From a virus (Duplodnaviria; Caudoviricetes), in the IMG/VR virus record IMGVR_UViG_3300033121_000493, positions 64,001-128,000 of that record: a stretch of DNA of 64,000 nucleotides; one strand, 5' to 3'. Shown here piece by piece: positions 63,836 to 64,000 of this stretch. Below the pieces are notes generated by a model. The model saw only the letters and a program-made list of their open reading frames with translations. It had not been told where the DNA came from and made no database searches. How positions within the stretch are numbered: position 1 is the first letter of the stretch; every line of letters begins with the position of its first letter. The position numbers and the translations under genes were made by a program.

Positions 63836-64000
63836 TTGTAGTCCCTATGCACGGATGCCGTCTTCTACACGCCACGCAAAAGCCACCATCGTGTGGTGTT
63901 TGCTTATCGCAAACTTTACACGATCTTACAGTAAGTGAAACGAGCCTACAAGCGCGAGATATGGGTGTCTTTACCGGACAGTCATTCTCGCCTAGTGGGC

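Overview
This window is a gene-dense segment of a large (jumbo-type) tailed phage genome, with essentially all real genes on the minus strand. It encodes a bacterial-type multisubunit RNA polymerase in an unusual arrangement: a beta/beta'-N fusion at 28326-32717 and a separate beta'-C gene at 6030-8834 carrying two related mini-inteins in the bridge helix and trigger loop. Other content: a probable portal; a set of Ala/Gly-rich probable virion proteins punctuated by a K-x-A motif; RuvC and DnaQ-like nucleases; radical SAM, HAD and metallophosphoesterase enzymes; 11 tRNAs (nine U34 anticodons plus two CAU); one tRNA-like gene with a 3-nt anticodon loop; and several candidate structured ncRNAs. 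The most striking unexplained system is roughly 60-70 tandem, overlapping 60-110 aa ORFs, many sharing an N-terminal S-x-[EDSG]-[VI]-x-[FV] motif. The array includes recent duplicates, and one hand-aligned pair differs almost only at non-synonymous sites, which suggests a diversifying microprotein 'accordion'. Also notable are a 10-bp palindrome (TAGCGCGCTA) found 13 times, an unannotated FlgM-like ORF, a half-HsdS-like ORF, a 2H phosphoesterase fused to a putative virion domain, and two strong-RBS minigenes. A GC-rich host, possibly a planctomycete, is inferred and not shown. All calls come from manual reading; no searches were run.
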